Assembly: GCA_002633005.1 (NCBI GenBank)
Contig: NMRA01000678.1
Span: forward strand, 127,613 to 191,612
Direction of reading: 5' to 3'
From: Phoronis australis
Taxonomy: Eukaryota; Animalia; Phoronida
Length of the DNA stretch: 64,000 nt
Part shown: positions 49,832 to 61,157 of the stretch, one piece after another
Numbering within the stretch: position 1 is the stretch's first letter
How the letters are laid out: every line of letters begins with the position of its first letter
Position numbers and translations under genes: made by a program
Notes under the pieces: model-generated
The model's input: the letters and a program-made list of their open reading frames with translations, nothing else
Told to the model about the DNA's origin: nothing
Database searches by the model: none

Positions 49832-49963
49832 TTTTGCATGGATACAGTAAAAATAATGATAAAGAGACGAAAAAAGGGGAAACTGGATATCAATAATAAA
49901 GTTTTTGCATGAAGACAGTCAAAATAATGATAAAGAGACGAAAAAAGGGAAACTGGATATCAA
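49832..49963 (+). repeat. Two-copy tandem repeat, period ~71 bp
   Basis: TTTTGCATG..AAAATAATGATAAAGAGACGAAAAAAGGG(G)AAACTGGATATCAA occurs twice. Confidence 0.85.
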
Positions 49964-50783
49964 ATAAGTGGACATCGAAACCAAAAAAGAGGAATTCCTC
50001 TGAAAAGAAGAAAATGCTAAGTCCTGCTTTGTGTCCGATTTCTCCGTTGAACTTTGTGACTTTCCACTGGACAGCAGGTCACAGGAATTACTTAATGGTC
50101 TCAGCTGACAACTTGCTTCATAAAAAGTTATCCAGTATTTCAAACTGCTACAAACGGATAACTCTGTATTGGTGTATGACTGAGAAACTTATTTGGGCTC
50201 CAGCTTAAATTTTGAGTATGTGACCACGGTGTGACTCCTATACACACATCACCAATATTGCACTTTTTAGTCACCTTTTAATTTTTTACCTATAGGTCTT
50301 CAAATGATCGCGAAGAAAATGACAAGTTTTTACAAATACAAAAAGCAATTTTCACGGCAATATCAAAAGCGGGTAGATCGCATGAAATGAGAGAAAACAC
50401 ATACATGTATTGGGACTGGGAACTCGTACATAAGAACTTCCAAAAAATGATAGAAAATTTCGCTTTATCCATAGCGTGACCGGACAGACAAGTTGGGACA
50501 CTTTTTATAGACGATTGAAAGTGGGTGTCACTCAAGGCATCTTTAAGCCAGTTTGCGGGGCTGTGGAACATTGAAAGATATGTAAATGTTGGATTTGTGA
50601 AAAAATACTGACGAAAAGCGCTACGGCACTCATCGCAACCATAAGTTTGGTCACAATGTCCTGCGAATTGTGGGCGGAAGGCGCACAGACGGAACCAAAA
50701 TGGCACAGGGTTAAAATCAAAAATACGATGGAATCACAAACTATCGACAATTTATGCTACGGCACATATCTGAAATGAGTGAA

Positions 50784-50923
50784 CAGGGGCGGATCCAGGA
50801 TTTTGAGTTAGGGGAGGCCAGGGCAGAGTATTAGCCAGGATTTTGCCCCTCAGACATTCGCACCCCCGAACTGCCAAATGGAATCTGGGAGAATTTTTGG
50901 GGCCCCCTCTAAATCCGCCACTG
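50784..50923 (+). mobile_element. hAT-like MITE (CAGGGGCGGATCC family)
   Basis: CAGGGGCGGATCC...AAATCCGCCACTG; TSD GTGAA/ATGAA. Confidence 0.85.
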
Positions 50924-51248
50924 ATGAAAACTAGGTCAACTCGCGAAATGCCCACGATACGATAGCAGTTACGCACATCTAAAAGTACAGCGACGATCTG
51001 AACGGATGCACAGACACGCAAATGGACGCATAAACGGAATGACACAACTCGCACCTTAGACAATGTTTAANGGGTGTCACTCGAGGCATCTTTAAGCCAG
51101 TTTGCGGGGCTGTGGAACATTCAAAGATATGTAAATTTTGGATTTGTGAAAAAATACTGACGAAATGGCACAGGATTAAAATCAAAAATACGATGGTATC
51201 ACTAACTATCGACAATTTATGCTACGGCACATATATGAAATGAGTGAA

Positions 51249-51389
51249 CAGGGGCGGATCCAGGATTTTGAGTTAGGTGGGGCCATGGCAGAGTATTAGC
51301 CAGGATTTTGCCCCTCAGACATTCGCACCCCAGAACTGCCAAATGGAATCTGGGAGAATTTTTTGGGGCCCCTTCTAAATCCGCCACTG
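51249..51389 (+). mobile_element. hAT-like MITE, duplicate of 50784-50923
   Basis: Same element with a perfect 5-bp TSD GTGAA. Confidence 0.85.
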
Positions 51390-54131
51390 GTGAAAACCAG
51401 GTCAACTCGCGAAATGCCCACGATACGATAGCAGTTGCGCACATCTAAAAGTACAGCGACGATCTGAACGGATGCACAGACACGCAAATGGACGCAGAAG
51501 CGGAATGACACAACTCGCACCTTAGACAATGTTTAAGTGGAGTTGTCAAAACAAAAAAAATAGTTGGTTGTCAGCACTTTAGGACCACATTTTTGTAGTT
51601 AAATTGCTTTTCAAAAGCAATTTAACTACAATTTCTAGTAGAAAATGTTGGCTCGAGTCGCACATCGGCTTTGAAGTGGTTGTTTTGGGGTGAAAAGTGT
51701 CAATTTTGTGTGATGATCGTTCTAGGCAAAACCAAATGAGACTAGTATACTGCTCAATTTATTGCAAAATGCCATAAAAATGCCCTGCCCTTGCTGTAAC
51801 CACAAGAGCAGACTAAACAGATGTATTCCACACAAGTTTGCGTTTTAGGTACATGCAGGATTAAATAAAACAACAAAACGATTCACTACATTATCGTTCT
51901 CATTCCCATGCCATATATGTACATATGGCAGGCCTCTAAACCAAGACAAGTGCTCCTGGTGTGGTTCACCACAGGGACACATTACAAGACGGCCGCAAAA
52001 CTTTGTAAGCCATCACTGGCGCATTATCTTACTCCGATCTGGTCAGATTATCTCCTGATGTAACAAGACAAAAACACACACAACAATATCTCCTAATATG
52101 AGCCATCAAAAGTCAAACGACCATTTCTGCTTTTGATATCATCTCCAGCCTGCTTCTCTTACTCATTAATTGTCCCTTTGACGAACTATTTTTGAGAAGA
52201 CTCACCAAATGGCATTGATTTCCATGACATCTTTGGCAGTTCTACATGAGACGACTGGGGGACCAGACAGCCCTAGCCACCTGGTGGCCAAAAAGGACAC
52301 CAGATGTCAAGAGTTATCTTTTGGATATGAAGGCGCGTTAAAAGCCTAAAACAATACTTAAAACACTACTAATTCTATTCTAGTAAGACATACAACGGAA
52401 CTTCATAAAAACATCCAATAACTATACAATAAAAAGTTGGCTCCAATACATGTATGTTAGTGCTTGAAACTCCAAGCAGTAAATGAACGGGATTTCCATT
52501 GATCAAGCGCAATTAAAGCAGCAACAAACCCCCCCTTCCGTCACAAAAGTATAATTTAAACCTCTTTCAATTACGACATTGGTCTCCCATTGTTCCTGGC
52601 TGCCATTGCTGAGCTTCAAAAGAAATGCGAGTCATTTCATCACTTCTCATCTGAGCACTTAGCAAGCTGACACAAATTCAGTGGCAGCAAGTGGTGGAAA
52701 TTGAAATTTGAGTTCTTTTGACGGAACTCGGGTTCATTGCTTTGCTATGATTGGCGTTTTGAACAACATTTAGCACTGATAACAACATCAAATAATAAAA
52801 AATCCAACAACTTTTGAACAAAAGATTCCCTTTAAGGTACATAACAATCAAAAGAAGGTACACGTGTATAACATCACTACAATGTAAATAAGAGATAAAG
52901 CCTCCATGCCAATTATAATTCCAAGCTACTAAACTAAAGGTTGACATTTATCCAGGAATATCAAATTCAAACACCTATAATTATCTGTAGCCTGTACAAT
53001 GCACCTGAAGGGAATCCAGTTATCACATGGAGAAATGTAGACTAAAATCGGAGAACAAATTAAGTCCTCCTTAAAGTTAATATCATACATAAGTCTTGTG
53101 ACGGCACAGCAAAAATTAACCAGGGAAATATCTGCCCACAAGTAGGCGTATACTCACACGGGCAATAAACTTTGCCAAAATTCCCAAACGTTAATAGCAA
53201 AAACGAATCGGGATAATGTAGAGCGTTTATGAAGTTTCTCCCATAACTCAACCATCCAGCATTGCTGACCAATTACTGCACTCTTGGCCATTTTACTTGA
53301 GTCTACACCGGCAAGGTAGCAGCTTTACACACAAAACATTCCTCACCACTGGCAGAAATTTGCATGGTCTTGTGCGATACCATTTTATCCCAAGAAACAC
53401 GTCTTTAGTTAAGAATGCACCACCAAAATATGTCTAACTGGTCAAGACAGTACTTCAATTAGCTCAAAACTGCAGGAAGCCACGTCAGGCAGTAACAACC
53501 GTGTTTACTGCAGAGCCATAGCTAAACATCCGCATAATAGCCTAGATGAAATGTGACTAACTGGTCACGTTTATCAATCAAATGGACTATACAATGTACA
53601 TGTATATCTCTCAGTATACTTAGTTTGCGGAAGTCTGAAACAACCGCAATCCCTGGTTATGACCCTTAAATAGCCAAGATCCACCCACTGAGAAGGAAGA
53701 ACTGGAGACCAAAGCACATCTAACCACTGTTACCACAAACCCTTCAATAGCAGGACATTAAAGACTGCACATTTCTACACGACAGTATAACTAGGATTCC
53801 CTTCATAGTTAGCTAAAATAACACCTGTGATTCTAAATAGGTTCACCAGGATGTCCGATATATGAGTAAATACATTGTAAAAATTACCAGAAAATGTTAG
53901 CTCAGTCTCAGTCATCATGGCTGAAGCCTTCATCAGTGCGATGTTCTGCCGCTAGGTGTCGCTGTGCAAAGCATGAAATGCATTTATTCATACACCTGCG
54001 TTCGCAATGCTTGAACACAATTTGGTGCTAATACTACTGACTACCAGTCTATGTTACAAAATGAGATGACTCAAGCATTTTGGTCACCACCTTTGTTCTG
54101 TTTATTGCACATTGTGGCATGTAGCCATTTT

Positions 54132-57100
54132 TTATGTTGAATGGTACAGGAATCGCCGATCTTCAACGTGAATGATGAAGTTGTATGCTAGGAATATCCC
54201 GATAATCTGAAAATAAAATAAACAACACTACAATTATAAAAAATGACTGTGGTGTCAGGTGAAACATCAGTGGCATTCTATGACATGTTTTCAGCTTTGC
54301 CATAACTTGTTAAGTCAGTGCATTTTATGTAAGTACCACAACAAACTGTTGTATTCAGCTGACTTAATAAATAAATACTTCCATGGCCATCAATTCAAAC
54401 TGTACAAAAGTCACAAGTGAACAAACCATGTACTATCGATGCATCTAAACAGTCTACAAAAGCATGTGATGCCCTCCATCATTCAAGTACAAAACCCAGG
54501 GCCAATGCTAAAAAACTACGCATTTCAAATTCCTTAGAAAACCCAAGGCATTACAAATTAAAACTAACAAGAACAAGCAATTATTAAAAGTATGTGCCAA
54601 TTCATACACAGTATCATAATGCAGTACTTCTCTCATAATTATGTACTTCCCAAAACACTTAAAACCCTGAACAAACAACCATAAAGTGAAAGAAATGATT
54701 CTAGATTAAGAATTACGATGAGGATGCAATATGGCTGCTATTGACTCTCTTCAAAATGTGTGGAGTTGTTGTGACTCACCACCTAATTGGTGAAATACGT
54801 ATTAAAAAAGCTTGAGCTATTTAGCGAATTCAGCGATCTGTAAAAGCTCGTATCTCGAATATTATTCACCCTAGAGAGATGACTTTTATCATAGTTTGTA
54901 ACTCTGTCTCTAATAGTATATTCTAGTGTGTTAAAGCTTGCTTTTATCAAATTGGTTCAAAACAGAGTCCTCCAAAGGCAAATCACTGAAGACAAGTCTG
55001 TATCTATTTGCACACAAGGTGTAGCACCTCCAGAACAATCCCTTAAGATTTAGACACATTTCCAGGAGTTTTATGAGCTTCAACTAGTTACTATATGCAG
55101 AACATAAGTATGCAGTATACTTTTCCAAAATTTGACATTTTCACACTTTTTGTTTAAGCTTTCTGAATAGTAATAATCAAAGTTTATTTATAATAATATA
55201 TTTTATGTATCACCTTAAGTAAACAGTTTACAGAGCTGCAAGGTTAATCAGCCAGGCCCATTGCACGAAACACCTTAAACAACTTTTTTGCTTAATAAAC
55301 ATTTTACATATAAGACCGAACTGAGGAGATGAAGACCTGACTCAAGGGTCCTGCAGTGGGGTCCATGGGATTTCAGCCCACGATCATGAGAACAGGAGAC
55401 ACACTAGGCCACACTGCATCCTCTAGTTTACTTTTTACTGAGAAAGCTTTTTAGTTAAAATGTTAGACCCTTTCTTTAATTGCTGTCTTTTAATTTGGCA
55501 GTTCATCCTGTTTTACTCGTTAAGATTTAATCTCTGTAGTGTCAACTCTAAGAACATTACATCTCTGAAGGAGCACAAAGACTCAAAAATGCAACTTTCA
55601 CATCATGTTTCTGTTAGTGTTTCCATTTTAGACTGAGGCTATCTACCACTAACTGGTCATTCATATAGTAAAGAGTAACTCATCCGTTTTACTCATGTCT
55701 ACCAGGAGATGTTGTAACAAATTCTTCACTTCTACTTTCAGAAAGCGAATTCTTGCAAACACCAAATTTTTCTGAACTAACCAGCCACATAAAAATGTAA
55801 TAAAACCACCAACTGAAACGAATTCTCCAACATCCCCATACACAAACACACAGCCCTTAAAGCTCACCTGAGGGATAGCAAAGCCCAGAACACATCCACC
55901 AAGAACATCCAAGTTGTCTTCCACCCAGAGTCTGAACTTCTCCGAGCATCCCTCCTCGAACATTTTCTCACCTTGTTCTTTCGTCAGTGACTGGAAATGA
56001 GGCAACGCTGCATTACTGCACACTGTCAAAATCATAGCAAACGTTGAGAGCTGTGAGAGAACAATATCTAATTCTGGTATGGAAGATGTGCCGTGTTGAC
56101 AGGGACGAAATGCAATATATTCCATTCGTGGTTTATGAAAAACGTTTGAATATTGAAATGAATAACAGACGCAGTTTGATGACACTGACGGCTGTTAACA
56201 TCATCACGAAAACACCACCAGTCCTTAGGTCCATACCAAGCAACAAGGCGCAATTCATCATGTAACAGCTAATTGGAAATACTACTAGCAACACTCTAAG
56301 TCACACCAAAGCGAATCTTCTGAGTAAATCATCTTGCTCTCTATCAAACTTCGTCAGTTTCGAGTTTACACCATCAGATGACTTCACGGGGCTTACACTT
56401 AACTGCAACCTGCTCAGCCTTCTGTGATGCCAAGACCCTGTCGTGCTGCTTAGCATCGAATTTCAATGTTAAATTTTTACAAAGGAACCATGGAACCATT
56501 ACAGCGTTCTGTCGTTCAGTAACTTTTCCAGACGTGAGGGGTGCTGAACGTGCGCTAACATCTGGCTCTTTTGTTAACTGCCCAGCTCAGTCTCTTGCCA
56601 TGTATGATAACAAGCAGGAAAATTATCTCCCAGGCTTCAAAGGAAACGTATGGTGGTTGCACACTATTACTGAACGCATATGAACACAGTCAAACCCAGT
56701 GCGTTGGTAATCCGTTTGGACAGAATAGATTGTCTTAACTTCTGTTGTAGTTGTGCGATTTTGGTGATTCAAAAACGGAACATGATGAGCATTTGACGAG
56801 GAATTCAGAAATGCTATTGGTTTAAGCTCAAATATGTTATAACTTAACTTTCATTTTTATCAGCCCAGTCCAGTTAGGCTAGATACGATCTGATCGGAGA
56901 TAAGAGCAATTACCAAACAAAAGAGCGCAGGCCCTCCAACCATAAATGCCCGAATGGAGTTAATCAGTCGTGTAAGAATTAGCTACGGGGGTAAACTTCC
57001 CAACTTGTTGTTGGGCTATCATCGAATAAGTTGGGAGCAAGGGGATGTGGCCATCATGCCAATTGCCATGGAAGTGTGCTACACGCACAGTAAACGTAAG

Positions 57101-60100
57101 AAATGCTCTGCACCAGGGCTAATGTCAGTGAAGGAGACAGACCAACTTTACGGTCATGCTAGAGGATATACTGAAATGTAACGCCTAATGACAAACCGGC
57201 ATTACAAAATTCTGCACCCTCAAATACCATGCTTTGACGGGACAAAGAAGAACAACACTTGTCAAATGGTCAGATACAAAAAAATAAATAAAATAACCAC
57301 CACAGAAGAAACCTCACTAAAATCTACCTGAAGAATATCCCAGCAATGGTCTGATATAACGTGCCCGAATTTTGAGAACCAGTTTTCTCCACAGAATAAA
57401 CGGGAATCAAACTGGTTCTCAAATTACGGGCACGTTATATCAGACTATAGCTGAGCATCTCGCCATAACTCCAAATTTCAATTTACTAAGTGTGTGCAAG
57501 CAGGCAGGAAAAAACAACGAGAGTCAGTTACAGGGGCTCCTCATTTTGAGAATCTGAATTTTCTCCACTGAATTACAAGCATCAAACTGGTTCTAAAACT
57601 CCGGGGCCCCTATAACAGACATCTGCAACACACCCGCCAATAGTACGACAATAATAGAATGCCCCGACACCAGAGGTTTTCAATTCAGTAAATTTGTCTC
57701 AAGATGAAGAAACATGGCCGTGTACCGTCTGCTTTAGAGCATCCCTCCCACAATCCTTTGTTGGGTCTTTACAACACGATTGTGGCACAGAACAGCTACT
57801 CGGTTCATCACTGTTCACTTTACACTCATAATAAGGGTTCTCATTCCAGTCAAGGTAGCTATGAAATCCGCAGCACTCGAGCTGAAAAAAGAACAACACA
57901 CATTAGATCACAGATTTACTTAATTATGAGTTAATTGCTATGCACAGACCAATACACATTTTTTCCGTATGCTGGCAAAAGAAAACAATGTGAACTTTCT
58001 GTACAACACGCATCTCGCTAAAAGTTCAAAGTATGTTATTTGATTTTTGGGAGATCAGACAGAAGATGGCGTTGTGATGACTATATTTCAGATTTACGCA
58101 TCGTGGTCTTGAGGGAGATTCTGAAATTTGTAAATATGTAGATAGGTCTCATGAAGGGCTATCTAGAGGGCATTATCTGTCACATGGCTATGGCTTATCA
58201 TCCTCCAGTTATTTAGATTTTCCAATGGCTTCTCTTGCTTTAACTGTTTAATATGACACATCTCCAGTGCCCCCCGACGGACCTTTCTGAAATTTGGTAT
58301 GAGGATAGATCTCATCTAGCATTGCCCACAACATCACATACGTTTCTCACTCTCATTTCCCGTTTTTGAGATTGCAACATTTACTGATCTTATGACTTCC
58401 TTTATTGACGGATTTCTCCCCGGTATTCTTGCTGTCAATCATCATAACTCCCGCTGCAGGTCATATTTTTGTCTGTCTTACACAGTCACGTGCAAGTTTT
58501 TTTGTGGCAAAATCGAAGGCAAGATGGTGCTGTAACGGCCAGTTTTCAAATAACCATTTGGTGCGCTCTAAATCAGTGTTACCCAGAGGGAATCCTCTGA
58601 ACTTTAGTATGTGGACAGCTCTCGTCAGTGGCTGGCTGGCAATGTGTGTGCCAACTGTTTCACGTGACAGTTTCCCATTCTGAAGTCGTTAGGGACCAGA
58701 CCGTTCAGCATTATCTTTTAGTTCGACAATGCTTCTCTACATCAACCAGGAAAACCGATGTCACAGTCAGAGTCGGTTGATATGAGCACCTACCGGGCAA
58801 TTATCCCCTTAGAAATGTCTTTGCGGCAATAAAATATTGGCAGCAATTAATTGAGAAGTCATGGGTCGGACAGAAATTTTTTAACGTGTTTGATTTCTGA
58901 AATTGAATTCCTCATGAAATATACTGTAGAATCCATCTTCCGTGGAAGAAATGTGATAAAAATTGGCCGAAACCCAATGATGGGCTCTTCTTTGCTGAAA
59001 ACAGTTTTGAGTTGATGCATGTTTACATTAATGAAATCATTCAGCGTGGTAGATTATTGGCGCTTGCCTTGTGACATCGGACAAAAGACTGAACCTAGTG
59101 ATTAACAAAAGAAAGATTGACATCAGGCCTCAGAAAAGCGATACGATATGGACTAAACAGGAGTTAGTTGTAACGCTAACAATCGAGCCTTGTGGGCAGC
59201 TGAGCACAAAATCTTCACTTAATCATCTCTTCCTGGATAGTGTTTCTCAATTTATCACAACACTTATTTAACTCCTTCATGCCATCAATCATCTCAAGCA
59301 GTCATGTAACTGTTTAATTTCGCATGTTAGTCAACGTAACACAATTTTTTCGATACAGAAAATAAGACGAGACAGTACAGGCATGCCATCAATCTCATTG
59401 ATCCTGAGAACAAATAGCCTCCAGTTTAAATCTATATAAAAAGCAAAACACAATACAAGTTTTTAATGGAACCATAAAATGTCTCACATTTCCCTGTAGT
59501 GCATCCATGGCCTTTGTGATTTCATCTTTATCGTTATAGCCTTTGATGGTTGACTGGAGGTTAGATGTGATCAATGCTGCCCCCTGAGTGAAAATATCAC
59601 AAAAATGTTACAAATTAAAAGACATTTTCAATTTAAATTATTCATCAACAATAGCTCAACCTAACCTAAATCCAATCCTTATCTCAAAGACAAGTTGTGG
59701 CATGCTAAAGCCAATTTGCATTAAATTCACCTGTCAAAAAATAAAAAGTATTCCTACCATGCACAACTCAAAATGGAGAGCCACACTGTGGCTTTTTGTG
59801 ACATGCATTATATATCAATCTTTTGTTAAATTCTTACCCCAGTGTCAAATTAAACACTTAAACAGAGGATAAAACTTCTGGCAATTCCAATCCACATAGG
59901 GGGCGTCCAACACTGTCCATTTCTAGAATTTGGGACAAGCTACGACAACGTGCAAACTAATCCTTTTTCACTGAGTCCAAAATAAGAGAACTTTTACCGT
60001 AAGAACTACATCTAAGAACGGTAATTTGTTATCAACTCTAACTTCTTGAGAGAACTAATGACTCAGGCAGAGTTACTAATGCAAGTTTAAGTTTTTCCAT

Positions 60101-61157
60101 CCAAGCAGCCTTGTGCAGACAATATGAAAACATGTTGTCGACATGGCCTAGGTAGAGACTGGCTGGGGCTCATTCCAAGAAACTGACTAAGTTCATTTTT
60201 TACTTAATTACATCTAAGATTTGTCTCAACTTCCAATCTTTGAAACTTTCATATCTGGTAAGTTAAGAGAAAGCCTAAGTCAAATTTAAGATCTCTTTCT
60301 TGAAACGAACTTAAGACAAATCTAAGTTTTATCTAAAAATTTACTGAAATTTAAGATTTGTCTTAGCTAAGTCAGTTTTCTTGAAATGGTCGCCTGGTTC
60401 AACAGTAAAATCAATCAAAACACTATTTCAATATTACACATATAATATTCAGCAATAGTCGGTTCGAATGCACTTCTCACAGAGATTCCCTCATTGTGAA
60501 TATAAACACTTTTACAGTGACATGTCTGAAATATACATGAGCAGTGCTTAATACAAACACGGCCTTTAAAACATCTCTTGGAATTTTGGGAGGTGTTACA
60601 CTAGGATTTCCAGAAATACATTTGATTATGATATCAATTATTTCCATAACTAATACATATTAAGTAAATAACGATTCAACATGCAATGATATTGAGTCAT
60701 ACTTAAATCACTTGCATTATGCACAGAGCATGCATTCACTGCTCTCTTGTCAACAAAGCTGAACTTCTTGACGGGATAAACACTACCAAATGAATGTAAC
60801 TGATACTGTTAAAAGTCACTCACAGCAATCAATGAACTCCCCTCAATCCGTGATATTAATGTGACATTACTCCCCGTATTATAAAAAACATTAACAAAAC
60901 TAAGGGTTCTACACCAAAACATGACTCAAAGTGACTATAGATGGCGCTGCCCAGTGGTTTAATCAAACATTACTTTCACCACTTGCTGACAGTTTTGGAG
61001 AACGTCTGCTTCTGAACACTGGAAAAATCATAAAATGAGAATGATAATTATAACCTGACCCAGTGTTTATGACTTCACTTACCTCTTCACGATATACAAA
61101 TGCTAGGATGCCGACAACAATTTGGAGGACGAATACCAGTATGATACCACCAAAGAA
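54132..61157 (-). CDS. Tetraspanin, TspanC8-type; 3' five coding exons (TM3, large extracellular loop, TM4), 5' exons not found in the window
   Basis: Phase-0 exons 61083-61157 (FFGGIILVFVLQIVVGILAFVYREE), 59488-59583 (GAALITSNL...MDALQGN), 57726-57881 (LECCGFHSYLDWNENPYYEC...CSVPQSCC...DCGRDALKQT), 55868-55990 (...EEGCSEKFRLWVEDNL...AIPQ) and 54132-54206 (IIGIFLAYNF...HST*); CCG and PxSCC motifs, 8 Cys in the large loop. Confidence 0.92.
55319..55421 (-). mobile_element. Degenerate tRNA-derived SINE head
   Basis: Minus strand shows A-box-like TGGCCTAGTG, B-box-like GGGCTGAAATCCC, then CCCTTGAGTCAGG; no full cloverleaf. Confidence 0.35.
57341..57453. mobile_element. Hairpin MITE with ~45-bp inverted arms; decayed second copy near 57545-57620
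   Basis: CAGCAATGGTCTGATATAACGTGCCCGAATTTTGAGAACCAGTTT pairs with AAACTGGTTCTCAAATTACGGGCACGTTATATCAGACTATAGCTG. Confidence 0.75.
60166..60393. mobile_element. PIF/Harbinger-like MITE
   Basis: Imperfect TIRs GGGCTCATTCCAAGAAACTGACT / AGTCAGTTTTCTTGAAATGGTCGC; 3-bp TSD CTG; internal CTTAAG-rich short repeats. Confidence 0.6.

Larger units (their letters stand above)
50523..51536 (+). repeat. Tandem duplication 50523-51070 / 51072-51536 split by an N; probable uncollapsed haplotypes
   Basis: Both copies run from GGGTGTCACTC to TTAGACAATGTTTAA; the second lacks about 80 bp; junction at N 51071. Confidence 0.9.
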
